Below are positions 11,189-22,247 of a DNA stretch of 64,000 bases, piece after piece. Under the pieces are notes generated by a model. That model searched no databases. It was given only the letters and a program-made list of their open reading frames with translations, and had not been told where the DNA came from. The first letter of the stretch is position 1, and the number at the start of each line of letters is the position of its first letter. Source of the stretch: Actinomycetales bacterium (GTDB lineage: Bacteria > Actinomycetota > Actinomycetes > Actinomycetales > Demequinaceae); contig JBBRWX010000002.1 of NCBI GenBank assembly GCA_038248935.1, forward strand, positions 2,986-66,985, given 5' to 3'. A program made the translations under genes and the position numbers.

Positions 11189-13150
11189 CTACTCCTTCTC
11201 GGCGGTGCCGGCGGCCGCGCGGGCCTTCTGCGCCTTGCGCTCGGCGAGCGTGAGCGTGGGCGTGGGCGTGGGTTGGGCCGCACCATCGGGAACTACGACT
11301 CGCCCGCGCCCCTTGTAGATCGCGTCTCGACCCAATTGCCTCGGGTCGAGGCCAGAGAACCTGTGGCCGTCACCGAAGAACTTGGTGCGCGCCAACAGGC
11401 CCAGGGTGGGGTGAGTGAACATGAAGACGACCAGCAGGTCGACGAGGGTGACGAGACCGAGCGTGAAGGCGAATCCGCGCACGCTTCCCACCGCGAGGAT
11501 GTACAACACGAGCGCCGCGAGGAAGTTAACCGCGTCGGCCGCCAGGATGGTGCGGCGTGCGCGTCTCCATCCGTGCTCAACGGCGGCTACGAGTGATCTC
11601 CCCTCGCGCAACTCGTCCTTGACTCTCTCGAAGTAGACGATGAAGGAGTCGGCGGTAATACCGATCGAGACGATGAGCCCCGCCACACCAGCCAGCGATA
11701 ATCGATAGCCGATCCCCCACGAGAGCAGCGCGATCACCACATACGTCAATCCAGCGGCGACAACGAGCGAGCCGATCGTGACCGAGGCCAGTGCGCGGTA
11801 TTGGAACAGCGTGTAGATCACCACGAGGATCAGGCCGATGAGGCCTGCGATCATTCCGTGCCGCAACTCGCTCGCGCCCTTGGTGGCCGCGATGGTCTGC
11901 TCAGACTGGACGTCCAGCGTCAATGGCAGGGCGCCAAACTTGAGCTGGTTGGCCAGTGTCTGGGCCTCAAACTGCGTGAAGGTGCCGGAGATTTGCGCGG
12001 TGCCACCGGTGATCGCGCCGTTGCGGACGCCAGGTGCGGAGATGACGACGCCATCGAGCACCATCGCGAACTGGTCGCGTGGCGCCGCCCCCGCCTGGTT
12101 GAGTTTGTAGAGCCTCGCCGTGGTGGTTGCGAACTTGGAGGAACCGCCGCCCGTCATCGTCAGGCGCACCTCATACGTACCGTCCGACGTACTCGCGGCT
12201 GTCATGTGCGGTCCCGATGCGGCGCTTGCCACATCCGTTCCGTCCATCTCGACGGGCCCCAGGATGTACTTGACGGGATTCACCGCGTCACACGTGACAA
12301 ATGCGGCTTGAGGGTCTCCCACATCGCCGCCGCCCGCTCGGCTCTGGTCGGAGGTGCAGTCGAGCGCGTCGAAGGCGGCCTGGACCTCGGGGGTGATCCA
12401 CGCGAGGTCGGAGGGGTCCGCGGGCGTCGTTGTGGACGTGGGCGCGGGGGTGGGGCTCGGCGTGGCCGACGGCTGGGCGGTGGCGGCCGGGGTGGGCGTC
12501 GCCGCTGCGGTGCCTGCGGCCGTCTTGACGTTCGCCATCTCGCCCACGGGGCTGCCCGTGTCGATTCCGGACGCCGACGCGGACGGCGTCGGGGCGATGA
12601 CCGCACCCGCGGACGGCGGGGTTACCGGCAAGACGGTGGGGCTCACTGTGTCGCTCGTAGGTGCTGGCGTGGGACCCGCGGAGGGCACAATCGTGGTGGA
12701 ACCCGTCGATTGCGCCTCGGCGAGGACGGGACGGAACTGAAGCTGCGCGCTCTTTCGCACGAGCTCGAGCGTCGCTTCATCGGGTTTGCCAGGGAGCGAC
12801 ACGATGATGTTGCGTGCACCCTGAGTCGTGATCTCTGCCTCGGACGTGCCCGACGCATCGACGCGCTTGCGGATGATCGAAACGGCCTGGTTCATGTCCG
12901 TCTGGGTGATCTCTGAGCCGTCGGTCGTCCTCGCCTGGAGAATGATCTGCTGACCGCCAGCGAGGTCGAGCGCCAAGCCCGGCTTGACACTCGTTTGACC
13001 CGTCGTCACCCCCACGGTGAGCAACGCAAACAGGATGACGATGATCCAGACGAGTCCCAGCAGAGTTCTGCGGGCGCCCTTGACTGCTGAAGACACGCTT
13101 TTCCTACGCTTTCCATGCGGATGAAGTTCCCGAGCCGTGCGAGAGCCCAC
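11189..13150 (-). CDS. secD: protein translocase subunit SecD (with Pro/Thr/Ala-rich periplasmic linker)
   Basis: LDLAGGQQIIL and the SecD periplasmic head, with a C-terminal 6-TM block (ITADSFIVYFERVKDE). Low-complexity P/T/A insert at about 12.4-12.7 kb. Confidence 0.93.
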   Translation of the reverse strand: MGSRTARELHPHGKRRKSVSSAVKGARRTLLGLVWIIVILFALLTVGVTTGQTSVKPGLALDLAGGQQIILQARTTDGSEITQTDMNQAVSIIRKRVDASGTSEAEITTQGARNIIVSLPGKPDEATLELVRKSAQLQFRPVLAEAQSTGSTTIVPSAGPTPAPTSDTVSPTVLPVTPPSAGAVIAPTPSASASGIDTGSPVGEMANVKTAAGTAAATPTPAATAQPSATPSPTPAPTSTTTPADPSDLAWITPEVQAAFDALDCTSDQSRAGGGDVGDPQAAFVTCDAVNPVKYILGPVEMDGTDVASAASGPHMTAASTSDGTYEVRLTMTGGGSSKFATTTARLYKLNQAGAAPRDQFAMVLDGVVISAPGVRNGAITGGTAQISGTFTQFEAQTLANQLKFGALPLTLDVQSEQTIAATKGASELRHGMIAGLIGLILVVIYTLFQYRALASVTIGSLVVAAGLTYVVIALLSWGIGYRLSLAGVAGLIVSIGITADSFIVYFERVKDELREGRSLVAAVEHGWRRARRTILAADAVNFLAALVLYILAVGSVRGFAFTLGLVTLVDLLVVFMFTHPTLGLLARTKFFGDGHRFSGLDPRQLGRDAIYKGRGRVVVPDGAAQPTPTPTLTLAERKAQKARAAAGTAEKE

Positions 13151-13209
13151 GCGATTCTAGGCGAGTTGCGGGGGCCGCGTCGAACAGGCGCGACCAGGGA
13201 CCGCCCAGA

Positions 13210-14295
13210 TCAGGCCTCAAAAAGTCGAGAATGACCGTCGTTTCCCGTCAACGCGCCGGGCGTCGACGACGCTCCCGCCGGTGGCGTAAGCCCCATGTGA
13301 GCCCATGCGTCCGGGGTCGCCACGCGTCCGCGAGGCGTGCGCGTCATCAATCCCTCGCGCACCAAGAAGGGCTCCGCGACCTCCTCAACCGTCTGAGGCT
13401 CCTCGCCTACTGACACCGCGAGCGTCGACAGGCCCACCGGCCCGCCCCCAAAACGCGTGCACAGCGCGCCGAGCACCGCGCGGTCGAGCCTGTCGAGTCC
13501 GCGGTCGTCGACCTCATACACGGTGAGCGCCGCACGAGCGGCAGCCAGGTCTCCCCTGCCGCTGCCGTGGATCTCGGCCCAGTCCCTGACGCGCCTCAGC
13601 AAGCGGTTGGCGATCCGGGGCGTCCCGCGCGAGCGAGAAGCGATCTCGGAGGCGGCATCGGCATCGACATCGAGAGCGAGCAGTCCTGCCGAGCGGGCGA
13701 TGATGCGCGCCAAGTCGGAGGCCTCATAGAAGTCCAGGTGCGCGGTAAACCCGAATCGGTCGCGCAGCGGCGCGGGAAGCAGTCCCGCCCGCGTGGTCGC
13801 GCCCACCACCGTGAACGCGGGCAGGGTCAAGGGAATGGACGTCGCGCCTGGGCCCTTGCCCACCACCACGTCCACCCGAAAGTCCTCCATCGCGAGGTAG
13901 AGCATCTCTTCGACGGGGCGCGCCAAGCGGTGAATCTCGTCCACAAAGAGGATGTCGCCCTCATCGAGAGATGACAGGATCGCGGCCAGGTCGCCCGCGT
14001 GCTGAATCGCAGGACCCGACGTCACCCTGAGCGACTGGCCCAACTCCCCTGCCACGATCATCGCCAGCGTGGTCTTGCCAAGCCCTGGAGGCCCCGAAAG
14101 CAGGATGTGGTCCGCGGATCCCCCTCGCCTCACCGCCGCCCTGAGCACGAGCGCGAGCTGGTCCCTCACTTTGTGCTGGCCCACGAACTCCTCGAGAGAG
14201 CGTGGCCGGAGCGCGGCCTCGACCGAGCGCTCGATCGCGTCGGCATCGGCGCCCGTCACGCGCGGGGGCAGGTCGCCCTCGAACGCCTCAGCCAC
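13210..14295 (-). CDS. ruvB: Holliday junction branch migration DNA helicase RuvB
   Basis: Track ORF trimmed to the GTG at 14295 (VAEAFEGD...). Walker [12 protein letters not shown] and Walker [11 protein letters not shown]. Overlaps the ruvA stop by 8 nt. Confidence 0.95.
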   Translation of the reverse strand: MAEAFEGDLPPRVTGADADAIERSVEAALRPRSLEEFVGQHKVRDQLALVLRAAVRRGGSADHILLSGPPGLGKTTLAMIVAGELGQSLRVTSGPAIQHAGDLAAILSSLDEGDILFVDEIHRLARPVEEMLYLAMEDFRVDVVVGKGPGATSIPLTLPAFTVVGATTRAGLLPAPLRDRFGFTAHLDFYEASDLARIIARSAGLLALDVDADAASEIASRSRGTPRIANRLLRRVRDWAEIHGSGRGDLAAARAALTVYEVDDRGLDRLDRAVLGALCTRFGGGPVGLSTLAVSVGEEPQTVEEVAEPFLVREGLMTRTPRGRVATPDAWAHMGLTPPAGASSTPGALTGNDGHSRLFEA

Positions 14296-14884
14296 GCGTT
14301 CCGCCGAGCGACTGGAGCGCTGCGCGCAGCACAACGGGGACGTCTGAAGGTGCGACCGGCCCCGAAGACACCGAATCCACCGCCGCCGATGCCGCCCTGG
14401 CCTGCCAACCAAGCGACACCAGGGCGTCGACAACCTGATCGCGGGAGTCTGGGGCAGCAGACGACGCGGGCGCGGCGCCCTCCGGCAGCGACAGCTTTCC
14501 GCCGAGCTCGAGCAGCAACCGCGCGGCCACCTTGGCGCCAACGCCAGGCACCCTCTCGAGCGCCTTGCGGTCCCCCGCCGCAACGGCGGTGGCGAGCGCG
14601 TGGGGGTCAAGAACAGACAGGAGCGCGAGAGCGAGCCTCGGCCCCACGCCCTGGACCGACTGCAGGGTCTCGAACATGTCGCGCTCGTGAGTCGAATCGA
14701 ATCCGAACAGCGTCAGCGAGTCCTCGCGCACCACCAGGTGCGTCGCAAGGCTCGACTGTTGGCCCGTGTGCAGACCCCCGAGCGTCGCGGGCGTCGCCAG
14801 AAGTCGGTAGCCGACGCCCGCCACGTCGAGCACGACGGCGGACGCCCCGACGCTCAAAACAGTGCCTGTCAGTTGCGAGATCAC
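14288..14884 (-). CDS. ruvA: Holliday junction branch migration protein RuvA
   Basis: GTG at 14884 gives [12 protein letters not shown]..., the canonical RuvA N-terminus. HhH motifs present ([24 protein letters not shown]). Confidence 0.93.
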   Translation of the reverse strand: MISQLTGTVLSVGASAVVLDVAGVGYRLLATPATLGGLHTGQQSSLATHLVVREDSLTLFGFDSTHERDMFETLQSVQGVGPRLALALLSVLDPHALATAVAAGDRKALERVPGVGAKVAARLLLELGGKLSLPEGAAPASSAAPDSRDQVVDALVSLGWQARAASAAVDSVSSGPVAPSDVPVVLRAALQSLGGTRG

Positions 14885-14933
14885 CGCGAGCCTTTCGAAC
14901 GTGTGTACGAACAGAGTAGGCGGCGTGGCACTG

Positions 14934-15491
14934 TCAGTTGCGACGACGCGCCGCACGCTCGGCCTCAACCCAGCGCTGTTGGGCGGGCGTGGCCGACGCG
15001 CCCGAGGCCGCCAGCCGGCCCCCACCCTTCAGAGCGTGGGTGATCGCGATTGCGAGGGCATCCGCAGCATCGGCCGGCTTGGGGGGCTCGTCAAGTCCGA
15101 GGAGTTTGGCCACCATGTACGCGACTTGCGCCTTGTCGGCGCGCCCGTTGCCCGTCACGGCCGCCTTGACCTCGGAGGGCGTGTACAGCACGACGGGGAG
15201 CCCCGCGCGGCGCGCGGCGACCATCACCAGACCGGACACCTGGCCGGTGCCCATGACCGTGCGGACGTTGAGTTGGGCAAAGACGCGCTCCACGGCGACG
15301 GCATCGGGCCGATGCTTCTCGATGGCGGCATCGATCGCGTCGGCGATCGTCACGAGGCGATCGGGAGTGTCGGCATCGGCCGAAGACGAGGCAACGGAGA
15401 CGTCAATCAGCGTGAGGGTGCGCGCGGCGGGGGCGTCGATGACACCCAATCCGCACCGCGTAAGGCCGGGGTCCACGCCGAGGACGCGCAC
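14934..15491 (-). CDS. ruvC: crossover junction endodeoxyribonuclease RuvC
   Basis: GTG at 15491 gives VRVLGVDPGLTRCGLGVID, the RuvC catalytic Asp motif. The upstream part of the track ORF is an over-extension. Confidence 0.93.
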   Translation of the reverse strand: MRVLGVDPGLTRCGLGVIDAPAARTLTLIDVSVASSSADADTPDRLVTIADAIDAAIEKHRPDAVAVERVFAQLNVRTVMGTGQVSGLVMVAARRAGLPVVLYTPSEVKAAVTGNGRADKAQVAYMVAKLLGLDEPPKPADAADALAIAITHALKGGGRLAASGASATPAQQRWVEAERAARRRN

Positions 15492-15501
15492 CCCTTCTCC
15501 C

Positions 15502-16254
15502 CTACTCGCTTGCTTCTTCGAGCACCTCGTCGGAGGCGTCAAAGTTGGCGTGAATCTCCTGCACGTCGTCGGAGTCCTCGAGCGCATCGATGAGCCTCAG
15601 CACCTTGCGCGCGCCGTCGACGTCGAGCTCGACCTTCATCGAGGGAACGAACGTCGCCTCTGCGCTCTCGTAGTCGATTCCGGCGCTCTGCAACGCGGTA
15701 CGAACGGCCACGAAGTCGGTCGCCTCGGAGATGACTTCCCACACCTCGCCGAGGTCGTTGATCTCTTCGATGCCCGCCTCGAGGGCGGCCTCCATGATCG
15801 CGTCCTCGTCCGCGGCCTCCTTGGTCACGATGACCTGGCCCTTGCGGCCAAACAGGTAGCCCACCGAACCGGGGTCGGCCAGCGTGCCGTTGTTGCGCGT
15901 GAGCGCCGTCCGCACCTCCATGGCCGCACGGTTGCGGTTATCGGTCAAACACTCGATGAGCATCGCCACGCCGTTGGGCCCGTAAGCCTCGTACATGATC
16001 GTCTCGTACTCGGCGCCGCCTGCCTCGAGTCCGGAGCCGCGCTTGAGCGCGCGGTCGATGTTGTCGTTTGGCACCGATGACTTCTTGGCCTTCTGCACCG
16101 CGTCAAACAGCGTCGGGTTACCCGCCATATCGTTGCCGCCCACGCGCGCGGCCACCTCGATGTTCTTGATGAGCTTGGCAAACAGCTTGCTGCGTTTGCC
16201 GTCGATGACGGCCTTCTTGTGCTTGGTGGTTGCCCACTTAGAGTGTCCGGACAC
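15502..16254 (-). CDS. YebC/PmpR family DNA-binding transcriptional regulator
   Basis: [15 protein letters not shown]... is the canonical N-terminus, starting at the GTG at 16254. The track start at 16266 is also possible. Confidence 0.93.
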   Translation of the reverse strand: MSGHSKWATTKHKKAVIDGKRSKLFAKLIKNIEVAARVGGNDMAGNPTLFDAVQKAKKSSVPNDNIDRALKRGSGLEAGGAEYETIMYEAYGPNGVAMLIECLTDNRNRAAMEVRTALTRNNGTLADPGSVGYLFGRKGQVIVTKEAADEDAIMEAALEAGIEEINDLGEVWEVISEATDFVAVRTALQSAGIDYESAEATFVPSMKVELDVDGARKVLRLIDALEDSDDVQEIHANFDASDEVLEEASE

Positions 16255-16289
16255 GATGCTCCTCACCGACGCTTGAATCGCAAGCCAGT

Positions 16290-16913
16290 CTAGGGCGTCG
16301 AGCGGGAGGGCTCCCCCACCGCCACCCCTGTCGATCTGAGCTCGAGCGAAGCGAGGGCGCGCATCGCTGCCGGATTCCCGGCCCTCCAGGCCGCAGCGGG
16401 TTCGTCGATCGTCCGCAAAATCGTCGCGGGGTCGACCGTCAGCATGGCCCGCAGAGCCAAGAGCTCAATCGCTCCCGGCTGGCCAAGCAGCTTCCGCGCG
16501 CGAGCCGCGCGCCAGGCGAATCTCACCCTGGGCACCAACCAGAGGAGCGCAATCGCTGTAAGCGGCAGCAAGGCCACGCTCACCGCGACGTTGATGGCAA
16601 GGTCGCCCACCGCTGACTGCTGCTCGATGCCTGCGGACTGCAAATCGGCGCCCGCCTTCGCCGCAGCCGCGAAGGGCTTACTGATGCCATCGCCTATGAG
16701 CGGAACGCCCGATAGCGAGTCGCCGATGTCCGTCATCGTTGATCGAAAGCCTGCGCCGGAATCCTCCATGCGCACACCGAGCTGCTTGAACGCGTTGATG
16801 CGGTCCCCCAAGGCGCGTGCCGCGGCGACGATGAACCAGATGGCGACGACCGCACAGACGTCCGCGGTGACTTGGCGGATGCGGTGAACCGGGTAATCCG
16901 AGTAGAGCTTCAT
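16290..16913 (-). CDS. hypothetical membrane protein
   Basis: GC3-rich ORF with at least two clear hydrophobic helices ([17 protein letters not shown]; [19 protein letters not shown]). No family recognised. Start is ATG 16913 or upstream at 16955. Confidence 0.55.
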   Translation of the reverse strand: MKLYSDYPVHRIRQVTADVCAVVAIWFIVAAARALGDRINAFKQLGVRMEDSGAGFRSTMTDIGDSLSGVPLIGDGISKPFAAAAKAGADLQSAGIEQQSAVGDLAINVAVSVALLPLTAIALLWLVPRVRFAWRAARARKLLGQPGAIELLALRAMLTVDPATILRTIDEPAAAWRAGNPAAMRALASLELRSTGVAVGEPSRSTP

Positions 16914-16945
16914 CGCTCCATGGTGGACCAGCGAGCGCCAGACGG

Positions 16946-17527
16946 CTAGCGGCAAGAGTTCACGAACAGTGCGTGGACCCTGTCATCTCCCGAGATCTCC
17001 GAGTGGAAGCTCGTGGCAATGGCCCTGCCCTCGCGGACCGCAACCACTTGGCCGCCGTGGGCCGCGTCGACGGCGAGCACCTCGACACCAGGCCCACACG
17101 ATTCGACCCAAGGGGCCCTGATAAACGTCGCGTGCATCGCGGAGCCATCGGGAAGCCACGTCAGCTCGACCTCGGAGGAATCCACCTGCCGCCCGAACGC
17201 GTTGCGTCGCACGGTCATGTCGATCGCGCCAAGGGTGCGCTGACCCTCGATGCCGCCGGTGATGTGCGTGGCCAACATGATCATTCCCGCGCAGGTGCCG
17301 AGCACAGGAAGGCCATCGCGAATGTGCGCCTGGAGCGGATCAAACAGGTCGAAGGCCCTCAAGAGCTTGTCGATCGTGGTCGACTCACCGCCGGGAATGA
17401 TGATCCCGTCGACCGCCTCCAGTTCGGACAGCCTTCGCACCCGTACCGACGTGGCGCCCAGGCGGGCGAGCGCGGCCTCATGCTCGCGCACGTCGCCCTG
17501 CAAGGCCAATACGCCGATCGTGCTCAC
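16946..17527 (-). CDS. pdxT: pyridoxal 5'-phosphate synthase glutaminase subunit PdxT
   Basis: GTG at 17527 gives [16 protein letters not shown]. The triad region GTCAGMIML is present. GTGA overlap with the upstream nudix gene. Confidence 0.93.
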   Translation of the reverse strand: MSTIGVLALQGDVREHEAALARLGATSVRVRRLSELEAVDGIIIPGGESTTIDKLLRAFDLFDPLQAHIRDGLPVLGTCAGMIMLATHITGGIEGQRTLGAIDMTVRRNAFGRQVDSSEVELTWLPDGSAMHATFIRAPWVESCGPGVEVLAVDAAHGGQVVAVREGRAIATSFHSEISGDDRVHALFVNSCR

Positions 17528-18093
17528 TCGTCCACCTCCCCGAAGTCTCTCGTCACACCATCCCACTCGAGGAACGTTCCCCACGACTCGAGCAGCCTTG
17601 CGGGGAACACCTCTCTCGCGTCTGACCGGAGCTGCTCGAGAGTGAGCCACGAGACCTCGTCAATCGACTCGACCTCTTGCTGGGTCCAGACCGCCTCTGA
17701 ACGCTCATGCGCCTCGGCATCGGCGAGATCCGCCACGAAGATGTCCTCCGTCTGCGAGTACGGGAGCGAGGCGAAGTCGAATACCGCCGTGCGAGTCCAC
17801 ACGGGGCCTCGGAGCTCGTGGGTCTCGAGCACAAAGCCCGTTTCCTCCGCGAGCTCGCGAACGGCCGCCTCGCGCGCCGACTCCCCCGCCTCTATGCCGC
17901 CGCCTGGGGTGAACCAGAAGCTACGCGCGGGCGCATCGGGATCGTGTCCGAGCATCATGAGCAAGCGGGGAACCGTGTGCGCGCGATCGACAAGCAGCAC
18001 GCGCGCGCCGCGCCGGTGCAACCGACCATCGGCCCCGAGCCCTTGCTTATCAAGCGCAGGCCCCTCAGGCGGAGCGCTCTCGCTACCAGCCAC
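17524..18093 (-). CDS. NUDIX hydrolase
   Basis: Nudix box [24 protein letters not shown]. Start uncertain: GTG 18093 (11-nt overlap with pdxS) or the track start at 18156. Confidence 0.8.
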   Translation of the reverse strand: MAGSESAPPEGPALDKQGLGADGRLHRRGARVLLVDRAHTVPRLLMMLGHDPDAPARSFWFTPGGGIEAGESAREAAVRELAEETGFVLETHELRGPVWTRTAVFDFASLPYSQTEDIFVADLADAEAHERSEAVWTQQEVESIDEVSWLTLEQLRSDAREVFPARLLESWGTFLEWDGVTRDFGEVDE

Positions 18094-18991
18094 GCTCTGC
18101 GAGCCGGTGAGGTTCGGGGATGTCGGCCACGTTGATTCCCACCATCGCCTCGCCAAGCCCGCGCGACACGGACGCGATCACGTCGGGGTCGTCGAAGAAG
18201 GTGGTGGCTTTGACGATCGCCGCGGCGCGCTGTGCTGGGTTACCGGACTTGAAGATGCCGGAGCCCACGAACACGCCTTCGGCGCCCAACTGCATCATCA
18301 TCGCCGCGTCGGCAGGCGTGGCGATGCCGCCCGCGGTGAACATGACGACGGGAAGCTTTCCGGTCGCTGCGACCTCCTGAACCAATTGCAGCGGCGCCTG
18401 GAGTTCCTTGGCCGCCACGAACAGTTCGTCCTGAGGAAGCGCGCTCAGTCTCAGGATCTCGGCGCGAATGGTGCGCATGTGCTTCGTGGCATTGGAGACG
18501 TCGCCCGTTCCTGCCTCGCCCTTCGAGCGAATCATGGCCGCGCCCTCGGAGATGCGACGCAGGGCCTCGCCCAGGTTGGTCGCTCCGCACACGAACGGCA
18601 CTGTGAACTTCCACTTGTCGATGTGGTGCGCGTAGTCGGCGGGCGTGAGCACCTCGGACTCGTCGACATAGTCCACGCCGAGGCTCTGCAGCACTTGCGC
18701 CTCGACAAAGTGGCCGATGCGGGCCTTGGCCATCACGGGGATCGACACGGCGGCGATAATTCCGTCGATCATGTCGGGGTCGCTCATGCGCGAGACGCCG
18801 CCTTGGGCGCGAATGTCCGCGGGCACGCGCTCGAGCGCCATGACGGCGACGGCGCCAGCATCCTCGGCGATCTTGGCCTGCTCGGCCGTGACCACGTCCA
18901 TGATCACCCCGCCCTTGAGCATCTCAGCCATGCCCCGCTTGACGAGGTCTGTGCCGACCTGTGGTGCGGCGGATGCAGCGGTGTCGCTCAT
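18083..18991 (-). CDS. pdxS: pyridoxal 5'-phosphate synthase lyase subunit PdxS
   Basis: Highly conserved PdxS sequence ([35 protein letters not shown] ... [15 protein letters not shown]). Confidence 0.95.
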   Translation of the reverse strand: MSDTAASAAPQVGTDLVKRGMAEMLKGGVIMDVVTAEQAKIAEDAGAVAVMALERVPADIRAQGGVSRMSDPDMIDGIIAAVSIPVMAKARIGHFVEAQVLQSLGVDYVDESEVLTPADYAHHIDKWKFTVPFVCGATNLGEALRRISEGAAMIRSKGEAGTGDVSNATKHMRTIRAEILRLSALPQDELFVAAKELQAPLQLVQEVAATGKLPVVMFTAGGIATPADAAMMMQLGAEGVFVGSGIFKSGNPAQRAAAIVKATTFFDDPDVIASVSRGLGEAMVGINVADIPEPHRLAERGW

Positions 18992-20139
18992 GCTGGAATG
19001 TCCTTTGCTCGCTGGGGGGAAAAGCTCGCGTCAAGTCTAATGGCGTCGGCGTACGTTTCTTCGATGCGTGGCGCTACCTGGTGCCAGTCGAAGGTGCCTG
19101 CCCGCACCCTGCCCTTGGTTGCCATGGCCGCGCGTTCCACCGGATCGTCAAGAAGTCGGCAGACGGCCGCAGCGAGGCCCTCGGGCTCGCCCACGGGGAA
19201 GAACGTGACGGTTTCTTCGCCCGTGTCAGATGTGGCGACATCCTTGAAGGCCGTGAGGTCGCTCGCCACTACGGCGGCTCCCGCCGCCATCGCTTCGACC
19301 AGCACGATGCCAAAGCTCTCGCCGCCGAGGTTGGGCGCGCAATACACGTCGACCGACGCCATGAACGTGGCCTTCTCCGCCTCATCCAGCTCGCCGACGA
19401 CCTCCGCGCCCGCGCGGGCTGCCTTCGCGGCAACTCGATCCGAGAATCGCCCCGCTATCAAGAATCGTGCACGCGGGTGGCGGGCCCGAATCAGCGGGAT
19501 GGACTCGAGGTAGTCATCAAGGCCCTTGCGCGGCTCACCGAGGCGACCAAGAATCCCGACTGTTGGCGCGATTGCGGTCCCCTGCCACTCCTCGCGAGGC
19601 ATTGCATTGAGATACGCACCCGTGTCGACCCCGTTGGGGATGATGTGGGTGACGCCCAATCGCAGGTTCTCCCTCACCGTGCGTGCGGCCGAAGGCGACA
19701 CGGCGATGCGCGCGTCGAGTTCCTCAAAGCCCGGCTTGATCCACGGCTTTCCCAGTTTCATGACCCGCGAGTCCTCGGTTGACGCGTGAAAGGTTCCCAC
19801 AGTTGGACCGAGTCGCGCCCACATGGCGATCACGCTGAGGGAAGGCACGCCCGGTTCATGCAGGTGCACCACGTCGAAGTCGCCATCGGCGAGCCACTTG
19901 CGCACCTTGGATGCCGCGGCAAGCCCAAACGTGAGCCGCGCCGTCGCGCCGTTGTAGTGCACCGGAATCGACCTGCCCGCCGTGCGGACATAAGCGGGAA
20001 CCTTGGTGTCCTTGGCCGCGGGGGCGAGAACTGACACGAAATGGCCGCGACGGATGAGCGCCTCGGCCAGGTCGATCACGTGCAATTGCACGCCGCCTGG
20101 ACGGTCGAGCGAGTAGGGGCAAACGATTCCGATGCGCAT
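18988..20139 (-). CDS. pimA: GT4 glycosyltransferase, phosphatidylinositol alpha-mannosyltransferase-like
   Basis: ATG at 20139 gives [21 protein letters not shown], matching the PimA N-terminus. [14 protein letters not shown] motif present. Sits in the conserved pgsA-acyltransferase-pimA order. Confidence 0.9.
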   Translation of the reverse strand: MRIGIVCPYSLDRPGGVQLHVIDLAEALIRRGHFVSVLAPAAKDTKVPAYVRTAGRSIPVHYNGATARLTFGLAAASKVRKWLADGDFDVVHLHEPGVPSLSVIAMWARLGPTVGTFHASTEDSRVMKLGKPWIKPGFEELDARIAVSPSAARTVRENLRLGVTHIIPNGVDTGAYLNAMPREEWQGTAIAPTVGILGRLGEPRKGLDDYLESIPLIRARHPRARFLIAGRFSDRVAAKAARAGAEVVGELDEAEKATFMASVDVYCAPNLGGESFGIVLVEAMAAGAAVVASDLTAFKDVATSDTGEETVTFFPVGEPEGLAAAVCRLLDDPVERAAMATKGRVRAGTFDWHQVAPRIEETYADAIRLDASFSPQRAKDIPA

Positions 20140-21029
20140 TAGGCCTCTATCCAACCGAAGCGTTGCAACATGTGCCAATCCTCGGGGTGTCGCGACACTG
20201 CGTCGGCCACCTGCGTTGCCCATGCTTGAGACAGCGCATCGACCCTGCCCTCAACGGGAAAGTCATCGGGATACAGCGGTGTGCCAAAGCTCATGACCGT
20301 GCCCCAGCGCGACTTCGCGGCGCGCCTGCGTGTGCCGTGAAGGCGCTCGTAATACACGGCGACGGGGATGACTGCGGCATGCGCGGCGTGAGCAAGAGCG
20401 GCCGGTCCTGGCGCGACCCGCACGCCGTGACCCCACATGCGCACCTCGACACCCTTTCCCGACAAGTCGCGATCGCTCAGCAAGCACACCAACGTCCGTT
20501 CCGACCGAGCGAGCCGAATGAGTTCTCTGAACGTCGCCCCGCCTTCGTGTCCGAGAATGCGCATGCCCCACTGCTCGCGCAGAGCGACAAACTCGTCGAA
20601 AACTTCGCGGGGCTTGAGGACCTCCGCGACCGCGGTCACCTTGATGAGGTGCCTGCACGCGTAGGCGCCGACGATGTCCCAGTTCCCGTTGTGACCAAGC
20701 ACGGCCACGGTGCCAGTCGTCTCCGCCATTGCCACCTTGGCGGCCTCGAAGCCTTCGAGGCTCACGCGCGCGTCGACCGTCTCCGGCTTCATGCGCGCGA
20801 GTTCGAGCGTCTCTGCGTAGTAGCGCGCCGTCGAGGCCAAGCCACGCCTGGTGAGAGCGCGCAGGGGCTTTCCCGTGAGTCCAGTGACCTTCGCGAGGTT
20901 CTGCTCAAGGCGAGTCGCGCCCTTGCCATGGGTCGCCCACCCATACATCGAGAGCGTCCATGCGGCGCCCCTGATCACACTCACAGGGAGAACCTTGGAG
21001 GCCTTCCAAGCAAACAGAAATGAGTTCAT
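20139..21029 (-). CDS. phosphatidylinositol mannoside acyltransferase (LPLAT/HtrB-like)
   Basis: HX4D acyltransferase motif (LGHNGNWD). Position between pgsA and pimA as in mycobacteria. TAATG overlap with pimA. Confidence 0.85.
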   Translation of the reverse strand: MNSFLFAWKASKVLPVSVIRGAAWTLSMYGWATHGKGATRLEQNLAKVTGLTGKPLRALTRRGLASTARYYAETLELARMKPETVDARVSLEGFEAAKVAMAETTGTVAVLGHNGNWDIVGAYACRHLIKVTAVAEVLKPREVFDEFVALREQWGMRILGHEGGATFRELIRLARSERTLVCLLSDRDLSGKGVEVRMWGHGVRVAPGPAALAHAAHAAVIPVAVYYERLHGTRRRAAKSRWGTVMSFGTPLYPDDFPVEGRVDALSQAWATQVADAVSRHPEDWHMLQRFGWIEA

Positions 21030-21035
21030 CGAGGC

Positions 21036-21680
21036 CTAGCGGCCCGCGGTGGTGGCCGCGTCGTGCGCCAAGGTGTGGTCAATGCGATTTGCCTTCACGA
21101 CGGCCCACGTGCGCTGGCCCACGGTGATCAAGGCCGCTACGGCAAGCAGGGTGAGTGTCCATGTCAGCACCCACAGGGGAAGGCCAAGACCCACGAGGCC
21201 CGTCGCGGTCAGGCCCACCACGAGGCGGTCCGACCGTTCGGCGATGCCCATTTTGGCCTCGATTCCGAGCCCCTCGGCCCTCGCACGGGCGTAGGGAACG
21301 AACGAGCCGACGGTGAGACACATCAGTGCGGCGAGGGCTGTGTTGGGGTCTTCAACCCGGAATGCCCACACCAGCGCCCCGAAGATCGCGGCGTCTGCGA
21401 CGCGATCGAGGGTCGAGTCGAGGAACGCTCCCAGGCGCGATTCCTTGCCTGACAACCGCGCCATCGTGCCGTCGAGCATGTCCGTCATCACAAAGAACGA
21501 GATGACCATGACGCCCCAAAACAGCATCGTCCCTCGCTGCGGCAGGAAGAACACGGCCCCGAAGACCACCCCGACCGTTCCAGCGATGGTCATGGCGTTG
21601 GGGTGCACACCAGCGTCTACCAGCGCACGCGCGGGAGCCTTCCAGATGGCGGCCATCAAGGGTCGCAGCTTGCCGAACAT
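21036..21680 (-). CDS. pgsA: CDP-alcohol phosphatidyltransferase (phosphatidylinositol phosphate synthase-like)
   Basis: Motif DMLDGTMARLSGKESRLGAFLDSTLDRVAD (DGx2ARx8Gx3Dx3D), with multiple TM helices. Confidence 0.85.
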   Translation of the reverse strand: MFGKLRPLMAAIWKAPARALVDAGVHPNAMTIAGTVGVVFGAVFFLPQRGTMLFWGVMVISFFVMTDMLDGTMARLSGKESRLGAFLDSTLDRVADAAIFGALVWAFRVEDPNTALAALMCLTVGSFVPYARARAEGLGIEAKMGIAERSDRLVVGLTATGLVGLGLPLWVLTWTLTLLAVAALITVGQRTWAVVKANRIDHTLAHDAATTAGR

Positions 21681-21701
21681 TCTTCTCCTTGTCGCGGGAC
21701 C

Positions 21702-22247
21702 TTAAGAGGTCCACGCCTCGCTCACGCGCTGCCAGGTTTCGTCAAGCAATTCTGGTAGCGCCTTTGTACGCCCGATGATGGGCAAAAAGTTCGCGTCCCC
21801 CACCCACCTTGGCACGAGGTGCTGGTGCAAGTGCTCGTGAATGCCCGCACCTCCCGTTCTGCCCTGGTTGATGCCGATGTTGAAGCCCTGAGTTCCAGTC
21901 AGGCCCTGAAGCACGCGCATCCCCGTCTGAGTGAGCGCTGCGATCTCGTTGCGTTCGGCATCGGTCACCTCGGTGTACCAACCGATGTGGCGATACGGAC
22001 ACACCATGAGGTGGCCTGGGTTGTATGGGTAGATGTTGAGGACCACGTAACAGGTCTCGCCCCGATGCACGATGAGGTGGTCGCGGTCGTTGTCCTCGGG
22101 CGTCTTGCACAGGGGGCACCCCGCCCCGCCCTCGTTGTCCGGGCGGACGGACGCGCTCCTGACGTACGCCATGCGATGGGGCGTCCACAGGCGTTCGAAG
22201 CCGTCGGGCTCCCCGCCCATCGTGTCGGCGTCCACCCACTCGACCAT
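21702..22247 (-). CDS. HIT family protein (Ap4A phosphorylase-like)
   Basis: Histidine triad HEHLHQHLVPR. TGATG overlap with thrS, the same position as Rv2613c in M. tuberculosis. Confidence 0.85.
   Translation of the reverse strand: MVEWVDADTMGGEPDGFERLWTPHRMAYVRSASVRPDNEGGAGCPLCKTPEDNDRDHLIVHRGETCYVVLNIYPYNPGHLMVCPYRHIGWYTEVTDAERNEIAALTQTGMRVLQGLTGTQGFNIGINQGRTGGAGIHEHLHQHLVPRWVGDANFLPIIGRTKALPELLDETWQRVSEAWTS

Noticed and set aside
12400-12720. Pro/Thr/Ala-rich low-complexity insert in SecD as a possible novel domain.
   Set aside because: Such P/T-rich periplasmic linkers are common in actinobacterial SecD, including the mycobacterial protein. There is no exact DNA repeat structure.
13210-15587. 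Long N-terminal extensions of ruvB, ruvA and ruvC in the ORF track, suggesting overlapping or fused genes.
   Set aside because: In-frame GTG codons coincide exactly with the canonical N-termini ([24 protein letters not shown]). The extensions are Arg/Pro-rich and overlap the upstream gene.
16973-19513. An 846-aa plus-strand ORF, the longest in the track after acnA.
   Set aside because: It runs antisense across pdxT, the nudix gene, pdxS and pimA, all of which have unmistakable conserved sequences. Its product is Arg/Ala/Ser/Pro-rich low-complexity sequence with no motifs. This is the typical stop-free antisense frame of very GC-rich DNA.
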